Positions 1 to 13,600 of a DNA stretch of 57,757 nucleotides are shown piece by piece (positions within the stretch are counted from its first letter, which is position 1; every line of letters starts with the position of its first letter). The stretch covers positions 124,001-181,757 of the forward strand of contig MEDY01000064.1 in NCBI GenBank assembly GCA_001724265.1, in the 5' to 3' direction. The position numbers and the translations under genes are program-made. Under the pieces are notes generated by a model. That model was not told the origin of the DNA, made no database searches, and worked only from the letters and a program-made list of their open reading frames with translations. The DNA is from Rhizaria sp. SCN 62-66 (taxonomy: Eukaryota).

Positions 1-5
1 GCGAA

Positions 6-2363
6 GTGTGTGCTGCGCTCAAAGATATGACCAGCATGCACCCCACAGCCGCCGCAGTCTCCGCGTCCGCTGCTGCCGCGGCAGCGTCACACGCCCAGGT
101 AAGCAGCGTTGGCTCTACATCTTCTTTTAGTGCAGGCAGTAGCGTTGCTGGGCTCGATGCAGTCGTACCGGGTCTCTCAACACTACTTCTTGCAACGACA
201 AGTGCTCGTCTGCATAGTACAGTTGATGACATGTCTTACGCAACATTGTCAAAGGACGATAAGGCTGAGCTCGCAAGTGCGCTCTCGGATCTGCCCGCGC
301 TCGCCGCCGCTGCTCTGACACGGCTACAGACGCCGCTTCTGCAGGCAGGTTCTCACTCACCTTCGCGGTCATTTACATTGGCGCAGGCGCATGCGCGGGT
401 TTTTGCACTGTCTGCCATTTCGTCGGCTGCTGCAGCCAAGGCATTCGAAGAGGCTGATCGCATTCTACCAATGACTATCGCTCGGCGCCTTGACACTCCA
501 CCTGCGCCGTTTGCATCGAACAATTTCTCTGCGACAACCCTACCGGGTGTGAACAATGCCGAGCCTCTCGCGGCCGCTGTTGAGGCAGGTACAACACTCC
601 ATACAATTGCGATGCCGCGACTTCCTCTGCTGTCGACTAAGACATTCGTCTCAGCTCTGAGCGCAATCTCGCTTGTGCAGTCACACTTGCAAGAGTTGAC
701 TGGATCTGGGTCTACGACAAACCATTCGGACAATTTAGAGTCACGAGCCACAGGTTCTGCCTTGTCATCAGCTGTGACAGCGACACTATCCGCTGCCATT
801 GCCGCAGTATTGAAGCCTGGCACTGTCGTCTTTTCTCCGTTTCACATCCGTGGCTCGACCACAGCTGCACGCGTCAATGTGCTCTCATCTCTGTCACCTG
901 CTGTGGTTGACGCAGGGCTTGTTGCTGCAGACGATGCTATCTGGGGAGGGCGCTCTCTATCTCACTCCTACATTGCACCTGTCGGTCTTATGGACAGCAG
1001 CGCGGTTGATGGAAGCGCAGAGACGCCCGAGTCGCGTGCGGCTGCAGATATAAGGGCGCGACTCATCTTCACAACACTCATTGTGGAACGTGCACGGTTC
1101 ACCTCGTACCAACGTGGCTGTGCTCTAGCGTTGTGGGCCGCCAAACTTGCGCTTGCGTGCGCGAGTGCAACTATCGCTTTGTGTCCGAACGCGACCGTCT
1201 GTGAGGTTGAAGCAGGCGATGCGTGTGCGTTGGTCGCGATTGCAGCTGCGGTAAGGGCGTTGCAGCACAGGGTTTCTGTTCTTCGCGCGCGCATGCGTAC
1301 AGTTACAGCTGCTTTAGGTGGACTTGCGTTGGGAGATGATATTGGCAATTCATCAACACCGTTATCAACCGCTGTCTCTGATATGGCGACGCCGTCTATA
1401 AACAACACGTTAGCTTCCTCAGCGTCCGCCATCGTCCCGTCTGCGGCGATTGTTAGCACAACTGTAACGGATGGTTTAACCTCAGCTCTTACTACAGAAG
1501 CTGCCGCAATTCATCGCCACGCCGTCGCACTTGTTGCAAGTACCAACTGCATCGATGTCATCTCTACTGATGCTGGAGGCAACGATAGCGCGCTCATTAG
1601 TCTTGTCGCCAATGCATACCGCATGATCGACTCATCAGCAGCAACTTCTTACACACCGTTGATTGGTGACACCTCGTCAGCTGTTGCAGCGTTATCCCGT
1701 TGGTGGGGCGCACCACTCGCAACTGCTCTTTTTGCTACGGCCTCAATCATCACAGAATCAGCCTCCCGGCTCGGTTTCAGTCTGAATCGCCGTGTCACAA
1801 TCCCATACCCGTGCCGTCTCCCTTCGCTCATGAACACCAGCAGCTCAGAGAACTTACAAAAACAACAAAATGCCCGTGACGAGCTGTGGCATTGGCAGCC
1901 ACTGTCGCTGCAAGGGAAAGCGGCCGAACGCCGCATGCGCACAGCCGCCGACTGGCTGTGCTCTGCCCTGTCTATGCTTGCTCAAGCGCACGCGACCGCT
2001 TTACTCCAAGGCATTTCGTTTCCGGCACCCGTGCACAGTGCTGAGGTGATTTCGACGGTCGTGTCAAATGCGCGCAGTGATGTTCGAAGGACTTTATGTG
2101 GCGGCCGCGCACTGGGGACCGTGGATTTAGCCTCATTAACACCAGCGTGGCGATCCATTGAGGCAGCCGCGGCGATCGACCAAAGTACGACGTCAGCGGT
2201 AACGATGTCGGCAATTGCATTCCAGAACGAGGTTAGCGCGGTTATGACCGCGCACGTTGCGGCGACGCAACGCGCATATTCTCTTTTACCGCCTACCTCA
2301 AAGGAAACTGTTAGCAATGACAATTCGGCCACGAAGTCTTCCGTAGCGAAAGCCCAACAACAT

Positions 2364-2410
<47 letters not shown>

Positions 2411-5400
2411 AAGCCATGATGCCACCTTGCGCAGTGACCGCGCCCCTGTATTCCTCTCGTACGTAGCTGAGTCTGCGTGTGATGGTGTTGCAGTGGCCAC
2501 GTACAACCTGCACTCTGCTCGCCTTGCAGTTGCCGCTGCAGGCACCCGGGTTTCCCGCGCAGTTGCTGTTGTTGCTGCGGTGACGCAGAGCGTTACTAAC
2601 TGGTATCAGGCCAACAGGATGAATACCACGCTCGACAACATGAACTGCGATAAAATCGCTCGCAACTCAACAGACGACAATGACAATTTTAGTGCAAGTG
2701 ATGTGGCGAAAGAAGAGTATGACATGCCTCTTCACTCGAAATCATGGCAAAAGATTATGCTGAACCCGTTAGCGAAGCCACAGCCTTTCCCGTATCTACC
2801 TGTTGCCCCTGCCGCGCCTGCTAGCAATCATGATGCTGAGGATGGACACGTCGAGAATTCAGTTGTATCCGCCGTGCGCGTTGCTGCTTGTGCTGTTTCG
2901 TTCGCGGCTACGCACGTGTCATCGAGCTTTGCTGGCGTCGGGTTCACGAACTCGCGTCTCTTTGCGTGCTTTTCGAGCTACAACACAAGTACCTCTTTAG
3001 CGACGACTGATACAGCCAAAATGGATGATGGCAGCCCTTCGGCACATCTATCAACACAGGAGCCTCTCTCAGCGTCTGCGTCAGGGTCAACGTCGGCACC
3101 AGCGTCGTCGCTTGCAGCTGCGTCGCTCGCGCTGGGCTCTGCCTCGGTCACTGCACTAGCTGGAATGAAGCTGCCTGCACACTTGGAGCTTTTCACCCCG
3201 GGCTTATCTTCCGATGTTGCTGCTGCGTTGACAGCGGTGTGGCTACTATGGCCAAGCGGTTTTAAGCCTTTATTGCGACTTACTCACATTATTGGGCACA
3301 CTCTTAGCGGCTGGGCGCGCGGAGTATCTGATACCGTGATGGCAGCAACGGCTGCTGTTGCTGCGGACGCAGCTGAGTGTGATATTGAGTCGACGCAAGC
3401 GGTCGATAACAGTGCAAGCGCACGTGCCGATGGCGATGGCGGCGCAGAGAATGCGCTGCAGAACGATGTCGACACTGCTCTTCGTCGTGAGCTTGCGATC
3501 ATCTCATCCCTCTCAAGCCAGCTTCCGCGTCCACTTATAGCTCTCATTCCTAAGGTTCTCGCTGCCCTTACCAAGCTTTCGAGCGAGACCAACCACGCAC
3601 AGTTTCCCATGGGTCAGTCCTCGACAGTTGTAGAGCTCTCTCCGTCGCACCCGCAGTCGTTCGGCCCTGATGAGCCTCTGAGGGGCTACTTACGCACGCT
3701 CCATGGCGTTACCAACTTCACACTGAACCTGCTTGACCCATTGATGCGCGGTGCATTTGCCCCAATGGCCGCACCCGCTGCTGCAGCGCTACGGCAGAGG
3801 CTAGAACCCGCAGCGCCGCGCCAGCGCGTCGACGCCGCTGCGCGCGCGGCCCGCCCCGCGTGGCTTGGCGTGCAGCGGCGCGCAGTCACAGCGCTCACAG
3901 CGCACGCCTTGCAGGGCACGCTTGCGCGATGGCGGTGGCACGTTGAGCGGTGGGACGACAGGCGCTGGGGACTTGGTCCTGCGGCGGGACGCGCGCTTAC
4001 ACTTGCTGTTGCTGCGGGCGTAGGAGTGGTCGAGCCATCGCTGCAAGGAAGTCATTCTAGTCTGGATGGCGTGGACCTCTAGCAAGAGGGGCCATGGTTG
4101 TTTGGACTTTGCCACTGGGTCTCAGACTCCTCGGTCGCATCAGTTGGAGCAAGCACAAGTGATACAGTGCAAATGTCTCAGACTGACCTCAGCTCAACCG
4201 CCTCCGTATTGCCGAAGCTGCCAGTTTGCACTGCGATGTCTGCAGTCACATCGGCCACGCGTCACATGCTCGGAAAGCACATGAGAGCACTGCCGCCTCA
4301 CACACACAAAGATGATCAAAGTTATAACAGCGATCAGAATCGTGCGTTTTCGATGTGTTTGCGCTGTGCGCGCGTATCCGCACTTGCCCGGCGTGCAGTG
4401 CTCATGCAGCCTAGCAGTATGCTACAATCCTTTGCAGCTGCTGCGAACGATGCTGCTCCACATTGGGCACAGGCAGCAACATCACTGCTCAATATTGCTG
4501 ACGACAGCGCAGCGACGGATCTCGCGTTTGCACCACCAACCTTGAGTGCTACTGCAGCCGGTGTTGCAGCAAACTTAGCATCCAAAGCGGCAGATAACGC
4601 AGCTACGAGGGCGATTGATGCCGCGACTACATCATATTTCATGTCGAAGTCAATGCACGTGACAGCAGGATCGAACTCGGATCCGAAGAGGGGTAAACAA
4701 TGTGACAACAATCGCGCTTCTGCTTGTGCAAGTGGCGCCAAGACAGCACACGTGTATGCAGCGGCAGCCGCGACGGCACTGGCGCAAGCTCTATCGTCAC
4801 TTCCTGCGACCGACAGTGATGCTGTCACGCGGCCCGTCACACTTTCTGCGTTTGCAGCTGCTATTGCTGCCAGTGTGGATGCGGGTGCTGACTCAGACGC
4901 GGAGACAATGGCCTTGCTTTCTGCTCTTGGGGTCTCTGGTGTGAGCAGTCGTGAGTTCTTTGCCGCCATTCAAGGAGGCGTGATCGCCGAAGGTGGCGAA
5001 AGCAGCAGTGGGGTCGCTGCCGCTAACCGCGGTACTACTAGCAACGCTGACTGTGCCGCCCCGTGGCTGCGCGGACTGCTCACAGTCACAGTAGAGCTGC
5101 ATCGGCTGCTAACCACGGTTGCTGCCAGGGAGCCAGAGTTGAATCTTGCAAGCTCGGGGAAGATGGCTGTCGTCACAGTTCCTTTCCCTGCATCTGTCTT
5201 AAACAAGTCTTCCCCAGAACCCTCGTCGACTTCTCGTCGTGAGCCCAGTGAAGCCTCGCGTACGGCCGCTGCTTCAACGGCTACTGCGTTGACAACTAAC
5301 GGCACTGATGTGGTAGATATTGACTCGAATAAGAATGATACGAGTGTGCTGGACAACGCTGAGTCCGTGGCACATGCTCTTGAATCGACTGCTGCTGAGC

Positions 5401-8400
5401 CTGCCAATACTGCACCCAGCGACATGACTGATGGCGTCGATGACAACGCTTTCAAAACTCCTTCCACCAGCGCTGCGCAGCCCGCTGCTCCGAAGAGTGG
5501 AAAAAGCAAGAGTGCCCGGAGCAGGGCCAGTCCTGCATTCGGCCCGACCGGCGCAGAGCCCCACGGCACATCTTCTGCTCTTCCCGAGTCGAAGGCGACC
5601 GGGCCTGAGACAGTATTCCCAGTCGCAACTGTTGGAGCAAAGACAGTGGGCGTAACATCGCAATGTGAGACTACGTTTGGTCTCTGGGTTCGGAAGACTG
5701 TTTGCTCAGTGTCGGGAAGCCAATCGGCGTCCGTTGCGCAGAGTCCTTTGCTCAGTGGCCGTGACACGCAAGACAACATCACGGCCACTGTTAGCGACAG
5801 TAACAATCTGGCATATGACCTGAAGATTAGTGCCAGTCAATCCCGCAGTATCACAAGTGGAAGCCGAATTGTTGCGCTGGAGAGTGTTAGACTTGAGCCT
5901 GTTGTATCTGTCTTAGACTCCCTTACTGTCTGGGCAACGTACTCGAACTTGTGTGCATTGCATCAAGCCATGAGCAGCGACAATTCGTCCTCGCCAGCTA
6001 GTGCGCATGCAAAACATGGACCTCAGAGTGAGTATCGTGCAGCGCTCAATAGCGATATGCTCCTTGCGAACCACCCAATTCTTGCGCCACTGGCAATGGC
6101 GCTTATTGCATCTTCCATGATGGCATCATCGAAGACGCCCATCATCGCACGTCGAATCACGGCGGATGGCACGACTGATTCTCGTTGTTCTGAATCCATG
6201 CCCGTACTATCTGAAACGTTCACTTTTGCGCCACCTGCACCTGTTGCGTTCTCTTGGGTTGTCCCAACGGAACACAGCAACAATATTGTTCCCAGCGTTG
6301 CGAGTGACTCAGTATTTGATTTCGCTCCCAATGGCGTTACTAATACCTCTGTTGCCGCATCTGCCTCGCTTGCAACGGCTGCTCTGGCTTCTGGCGACCC
6401 TGTCTCTCGCACCGCTTCGGTTAACTCACTGCTGTATGCGTCAGATGAAGTTCTGTTCCGCTTTGCCGTTCTTGCCGCGGCGACCGCACCCGTGACTTTT
6501 GCGGCCGCAACCGCGGTAGCAGGGATTGACAAGGGCGGCAAGAAGATTCGTGCTGTGGCAGCTTCACTGCCACGGTTTTCAGCAGCAGCCGTGTCATCGG
6601 CGCTCGTTCCTGCGTCGCAACGACTTGCGATGCTTGCAAATGATGCATTCATGGAGTATTACAATGCGCAAAAGAATGCCATCCGCACCAGTGTGCTGCA
6701 GCAGCAACAGCAATTGGACGCAACCACGGTGCCCACAAATGTGCCTGTTGGTCTTAGCGATAATGGGGCTGACAGCGATGACGGAATGAGCAACGACATG
6801 CTAGCGGTGAAACAGCTTCTCGGGCGGTTCAGCCTACATCCGAGCATCGGTGCTCCTATGAAACTGTCATCACAACGCGGCCGCGGGAGGTCCAATGGTA
6901 CAACCAAGAGCAAGGCGATGCCCGGTGAAAAGGGCAAGGCTCGTCGCGGCCGTCCTCGTAAGCACGTCATTGCTGACGACACAACCTCGGTGAAGTATGC
7001 GAATGATGTAGAGACTATGAGTGAAGGCGAAAGCTTCGAGATCCTCAGCGATGATAGCGGCGTTGGCAGCGACATCGACAACGCAGACAGGGACGATCCT
7101 CGCCTGATGGGCGGCGATGTGAGCAAGAGTAAGAACGGCGCCCGCAAGCGTGGCCATGACAGCGATGTTGGACTCGATCAGCGTCGCCCGCAGCAGCCGC
7201 ACGGCAGTGGTCTGCAATCTCACACTTACTCTGGCGATGGATCCGACTCGGCGCTCGAGATTTCAAGCAGAGAGGATGAGAGTGATGCGAGGCCTGGAGG
7301 TACAGGTGCTAAGAGCAAGGGCAAGCGCGGAATCAATGGTAAGAGGCGCAGTAGTCACGGCCACGATGAAGGCGGCGACCTCGACAACAGCAGCTCTGAT
7401 AGTGACGTCGTGCTGATCGCAACTCTACGAAACCCGTACCCACCTACGGCTGCTGCGCTCGCCAATAGTCGCAACCGCGCCTTGATGGGGTCGAGTATGG
7501 CGCGATACGGGTCGAAGCTAATTCGCTATCAACAGAGCGCGCTTCACCATCAGTCGTCGTATCACAGCCAAAACAACAAAATCGCGACTGCTCGAGGCAG
7601 CAAGGTCGGCAAGGGTGCCCTTCGCAGCAAAGGCAAGCTTGACTCAAATCGCAGGGATGTCACATTGGGCAACAGGCTCGGGGGTGCAGTGCCGACGGTT
7701 GATCTTGCAAGCGACGATGACGGCAATGACAGCAACAATAACGAGAGCGAGGAGGGTGATGATGAAGACGATGTTGTGAATGCTGATGGTGACGACAGTG
7801 ATGCGTCTAGTACAGGACACATCTCGCTCTCTGACTCAGATCTTGACGCCGATGCATATAACAGCAAGCTGTTTAACTCGCTCAGCCTTCATAACATGAG
7901 TAATGGTGGCATTCAAAACTTCAATGCTAGACCCGCATACCAGTTCGCCACTCCAATCCAGTCGACAGCGCTCGTAATTGCCCCAAGTGCAGGAGCGCTT
8001 GCAACGCACGACTATCTCTCCGCGACGAGCCGCGCAGGCTCAATGGGCAGCTTGGGCTCCGGTGCCATTTTTATTGGATCGTCACTCTCAAGTCCGGACT
8101 TAAGTCGGAATTTGTTTCATCACAACCTCCCTCTGTCTCAAGGTGGGCTGGCGCCTGCGCAGAGCCTCGGCGAAGTCGTGCCTTACACCAGCAGTCGTGG
8201 TACTAGCAGTGATCTCAGCAGCATCACAGGCGGCTACCTGCCTGCTGTTGACTCAGACGATGCAGCGCAGCAGGGTGCAATGCTTGAGGCACCTGCTCAG
8301 GAAGGAGTGGTGCCTGCGACCTCGTATCCGCTCGCACAAGAGCAACTTGGTGAGCTGCCGCAACGGCAACAGCAGCAACTTCAGCAACTACGACACCAAG

Positions 8401-10241
8401 AGCAGCCGCCGCAGCAACAGCAGCCATTGCCGCACCAACAACAACAACCGCAGCAGCAGATGGACGAATTGATTTTCTGGCCAGTCCATCTCCCGCTTCC
8501 CCCTGCTCCGGCCACTGCATTCGCTGCAGCGCGCTCTCTGCTGCTGCCTTTGCTGCCGCAGCTCCTGCTTACCCTCGCCTCCGCGCCGGACCTTGCACTG
8601 CCGCTTCCCCCTGCACTGCGCCCGTGGTTGTGGGCTTTGCGCTGCGACCACGCGTGGCGCACCATTGCCGACAGCAAACTCGGCCGCAAGTGCGAGCGCG
8701 TTGCAACGGCGCCCGCGCTTGCCGAGCTTGCGTGTGTCACTGGCGAGGAAGGTGCAAGTGGGACGTTTGCGCTCCCCACGGCCGCGGTGACCACGTTGCA
8801 CGCAGCGAACGCAGCAGCTGTGGCAGCGACTGCCGCCGCAGCTGCTGCCGCCGCCGCTGCTGCGGGCGCGAACGCGGCAGCAGCAGCGGTCAGATCGCCT
8901 GGGGTTGTGAAGGCGATGTCCGGTACCGCGACCGCGAGTGACATCGCGGTCAACTTTGCCTCGCGTATCTCTGCGCCACTCCGCATTAACGAGGCAGGCT
9001 CTCTTGTGCCGTGGCAGTCGCGTGCCGCACTTGCTGCAGGCGGTTTGAGTAACACCATGATTGCAGCGCGCCGTACATTTGCGGCGGTGGGGCAAATGCA
9101 AGTTACAATGTGGGCCTCTTCGCTGGGTGCGAGTGTTGCTGCTCTTGCTAAGCTCGTTGTTGTGCTGTGGATCGCGAACACCGCAGCCCCGCCCCTTATC
9201 AACGTCAACACTGACGCGAGCTCTGCGTCAAGCGCGAGTGTAAATGCTGATGACTCTGCTACCGGGAGCAGCAATGCCGGGAATGCTGTCGATGCCGGCG
9301 AAGATGTGGCTGTTAACAGTATCGCGGCGCTGTGGGGCTATGAGGAACTCCCACTGCTCACGCCGCCTGTGATCGACGCCGCGCTCCGTGACTCTGCGGC
9401 CCCAGCCACTCTGGCGCTGCCACCTGGCGCTGCCACCTATCGGGCGACTTCTCCTATTTGTTCTCCTCAAACTCAGAACAGCAGCGCTTTGGCGTGCGCC
9501 TTGTCAACAGCGTTGTCAGTTGCTGCGAACGCTCGTGCGCACGCACGTTCAGCCAACCGCACATGTGCGGCTGTGTCTGCCGTTGCTGTCGCCGGCGTTA
9601 TCGGCGCCGCGGCTGAGGCGGCCACGCGTGCGTTGTTGAGCGACTGGCCCTTGATGACTCAAGCCGCCGACGGCGCCGTAACAGTCAGTGGCGGCGGTGA
9701 AACGGCGCTCCGCGAAGCGCTCGCCTCCGCGGATGTTGCAGCGCGGGCCATGGCAGCTGGTGGCGCGTCTGCCGCCGCTGTTTCGGCCGCGCTGGCCCAA
9801 CCTCTGCAGCCGCGTGGCGGCATGCGCTCGGTGGGTAGTGTCACAGCAGAGTCCGTCGCCGAGGCCGCGAGTCGCATTGCGAAGCTCTCAGCGCAGGCCG
9901 CTGTGCCGGCGACAGTGGAAACCCTTTGGTCTCTCATCGTCACTGGCATCAACAGCGCTATTCCGCGCCTCGACCCCACTGCGGATGCTGCGACGAGTGG
10001 CGCAGGCAGCGGCGCCGCGGGAGCTCCCGGTCAGAGCGCGCCTGTGGGCGCCGGCGCTGCGGTCGCGTGGGCCGAGGCCGGCGGTCGCCTGCTTGACGCA
10101 AAGACAGCGTTGGGGCCGGCGACAGTGGGCGCGGGTGCGGGCGCTGACGCCTCGGCGGTGGGCGGTGCTGGTGCGCCTCGTGGCGGCTTGGGAGTTGGAT
10201 CCGGCACGGTCAGGGGTCGCAGGGCTCGCGCCATGCCTTAA
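6..10241 (+). CDS. Giant (>=3400 aa) Ala/Ser-rich low-complexity hypothetical protein with an AT-hook; probably 5'-partial; internal in-frame TAG at 4080-4082
   Basis: ORFs 6..4082 and 4098..10241 are in the same frame, separated only by TAG (GAC CTC TAG CAA GAG GGG CCA TGG). AT-hook RRGRPRK at ~6942-6962, acidic and basic tracts, ends in TAA. Confidence 0.7.
2355..2411 (+). repeat. (CAG/CAA)n poly-Gln microsatellite
   Basis: Visible CAG run inside the CDS. Confidence 0.95.
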
Positions 10242-10642
10242 GGTACGAAGTAAAACGTTAGAAAACCAAGATAAACACGGATGCAAAAGTCGTCCAAGCA
10301 ACATTACAATAGCTATCTCAATACAGTATCAAGAGTGTTTTTGTCTCCTGATTTGTATCGATGCGGGTATACTCAGTTGTAACAATTGTTGAGAGATTTT
10401 ATAAATGTATTTGTAGTGTGGAGCTGTGACAAAGCGCACACGCAGTGTTCTTATTGTGCCGGAAGCAACCAATGTATTCTTCCAGACAAATACGTACACG
10501 CAGAAATAAACCGACAACACAACTCATGTCCTGATTAAATAATACTTTAAATAGAGTAGTATAGGGTACCCTATACTATTATAGTAAACAGATTCACCTC
10601 CTGTCAAGGCACTTCCATGTGATAACCTTCGCAGTTCAGTGC

Positions 10643-13600
10643 TTAGTGCTTTTTATCGGCGGCCGCCGCAGCCGCAGCAGCGGCAGCGGCAGCACCGACA
10701 CCCGAGCCAGCCTTAGGCGCCATAACACCCTTGGCAGTCCTCAGCGCGTCGCTCCGGCGACCCGCCGTGGCCTGCGCGACTTCGCTGGCGATCTCCGCTC
10801 CGCCGGCGCGGCGCTCGGCGCCGACGGACAGCGACGCGATTGCGGCGTTGCGCGCGGCCGACGCCGAGGCAGCCGCGGCCTCGGCCTCGAGCTCCTTGAC
10901 ACGGTCCGCAAGCTGCAGCTCCCAGTCCTTGACGTTGTCGCCGTAGCCGCGCGCGACGCGGTCGTCGAACAGACGCGGGGCGCGCTTGTCCAGGTAGCAC
11001 TCGATCGTGTCGCCCTCCTGGATGCTCGTCGTGTCAGATAGCAGCACGCCGCACTCCTTGCCCTTGGCGATGCGCGGCACCTCGTCCTTGAAGTGTTTCA
11101 GCGACATGCACTGCAGCCCCTCCTGGACCGTCTTACCCTCACGGATCACGCGCCACTTGAGCTCGGACAGCTGCTTGTCGCGGTCCGGGTGCACGTACTT
11201 GATCAGCTCGCCCTCGGTGACGCGCGAGCCGCACACGACGGGGTCGCCCGTAAACGTGATAAGGCGGTTATACGCGTGCGACACATCGTCGGCGATGCGA
11301 CGCAGCGCGGGTCGCGTAAGGTTGAGCGGGAACAGCTTTTGCACGAGCGCACCGCCCAGCACCTGCGGTGTGTAAGTCGCGGGCAGCTTCTCCGAGATCA
11401 CCTTCTGGATGTGGTCGAACGCGTGGAAGATGACGTCGCTGGTGAAGATCTCGATGCCGAGCTCCTTAGCCTTGGTCGCCGCGCCGCGGGAGGCCGTGGT
11501 GTTGAACGCGACAATGTGTGCCTTGCGCTCGTGCGCGGAGAGCACGTCCTGCTCGCTGACTTCGCCGAGAGTCGCGCGCTGGATGTCGATGATCAAGTTG
11601 TGCGCGTCGGGTGACATACCCAGGTCGTTGACGTAGCTCGTCAGCGCGTCGAGCGAGCCGTGCACGTCGGCCTTGAGGTACAGCGACGCCGTGCGCTCCT
11701 CCTGCTCGGCCATGAGCTGCAGCAGCTCGGGCGTGTCCTGGTACTGCACGGCCGAGAGCCGGCGCGCGAACGGGTTCAGGTGCACGCGCTCGGGCGCCGA
11801 CTTGATGCGCGGGTTGAACGTCTCCTCGTTGGAGCGATCCTGCAGCGCGGCGGACTCGCGGTCCATGGTGCGCTGGCGCACGACGAGGCGCGCGATGTCG
11901 TCAGAAGCCAGCGCGAACAGGTCGTTGGAGAGCGAGTCAAAGCCGTTCTCGAGGTGCAGGCCGAGGACTTGGACGGGATCGCTGTTGAGGCCAGTGGCCT
12001 CGGTGATCTGCTCGCCGTTGGCGTTGATGAGGCCGCGGACGGTGCCCATCTCGGTGCCGCACACGACAGTGTCGCCCACGCGCAGAGAACCCTAAAAGTG
12101 ATGAAGAAAGGTTAGAACAATATAAATGTGTGTGAGCAACTGCAGCATGATATGAAATAAACTATTGATATTCAAAAACCACCGAAGTATATCTTGATGA
12201 TTTGTTGAGTTACGTACCTGGCGGACGACGACGTTGAGCGTCGGCCCCTGTCCCTTGCCGGGGTGCGCCTCGACCACGAAGCCGAAGCCAAGCGTGTAGG
12301 ACGTAAAGTCGCGCGGGTCGAGCCCGTTGACGCCGTCGAGACGGTCCATCTCGGCCTCGATCTTGGCCAGCTGCGCCGCGTCGGTGCGCCGGCGGTGGCG
12401 CGCCACGAAGGCCTCCACCATCGCGGGCGTCGGCTGCGGGCGCGAGACATGCGTGAGGTGGCGCGACTGAGCGATGAGCGCGATGGACTCGACCAGCTCG
12501 TCGATGTTCTGCCCCGTCTTGGCGCTGATCTCGACGGACATGATCTCGCCGCCGAGCCCGTCGGTTTTGATGTCGCACTCTGCGAAGAGGTCCTGGCGCA
12601 CCTTGTCTGGGTCCGCGCCCGCGATGTCGCACTTGTTGATGGCGACGATGAACGGCTGCTTGGACCCGATGGCGAGGCGCGCGGCCTCCTTGGTCTGCGG
12701 CTGCACCGAGTCGACCGCAGACACGACCAGCACGATGATGTCGGTCAGGTTCGCGTCGGCGCCGCGCGCGCGCATGTTCTTGAACACGGCGTGGCCTGGA
12801 GTGTCGAGGAACGTGATCGACGGCACGAACTCACGCAGCTCCTCCGGCACGGCGACGCTGAAGCCGCCGATGGACTGCGTGATGCGACCGGCCTCGTGCG
12901 CCGCCACGTCGGTGCGGCGCAGCGCGTCGAGCAGCGACGTCTTGCCGTGGTCGACGTGGCCCAGGATGCACACCACAGGGGCGCGCATCTGGTCGTCCTC
13001 GCCGCCCTCGCCGTCCGCGCTGTCGTCGTGGCCGGCGGTGAGGCGCGAGGTCGTGCCGCCGACGGCGTCGAGCTTGAGGTCGACGTCAACGTCGAACTCG
13101 GCCGCGATGAGCTGCGCGAGCTCGGCGTTGACCAGCGACGTCATAGTCAGCGAGTTCTCACCCAGCACGCGCGCGGCCTTGATGAGCGCATCGCGCCGCA
13201 CGCCAAGCCGCTGCCCCAGCTGCATCAGCGACTGCGTGGGGAAGATGGGCACCACAGGCCGCAGCGCGCGCGCGGCGTTTTCTTTCTTCTCACGCTCCTG
13301 CTGTGCCCGCGCCAAGTCGGCGGCCTGTCGCGCCGCGCGCTGGCGTTTGTGCTCGCGCTTCGCGTCGGCCTCGTCGCGCTCCTGCTGCACCTTGCGCGCG
13401 ATCATGAGCCGCATGGGATCGAGCCCACGCACGAGCGAGTCGAACAAGTCGAACTTGGACAGGTCGCCGCCGCCGGACGTGCTGTTGGACAGCGGTAGGA
13501 ACGGGTTGTTGTCCGCGCCGGCGGCGGCGGCCAGTCCGGCGGCTGCGGCGGCGGCCTTCTCGCGACGCCGCGCCGTGCGCTCGGCGACCGCGACCGCGCG

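Noticed and set aside
2298-2545. Poly-Cys and poly-Leu ORFs (also 53813-54944)
   Set aside because: Reverse-strand readings of CAG/CAA repeats.
12092-12094. TAGs ending ORF-track ORFs at 12092, 17953, 18415, 19998 and 27244
   Set aside because: They are splice acceptors or lie inside introns, so they were not counted for or against TAG recoding.
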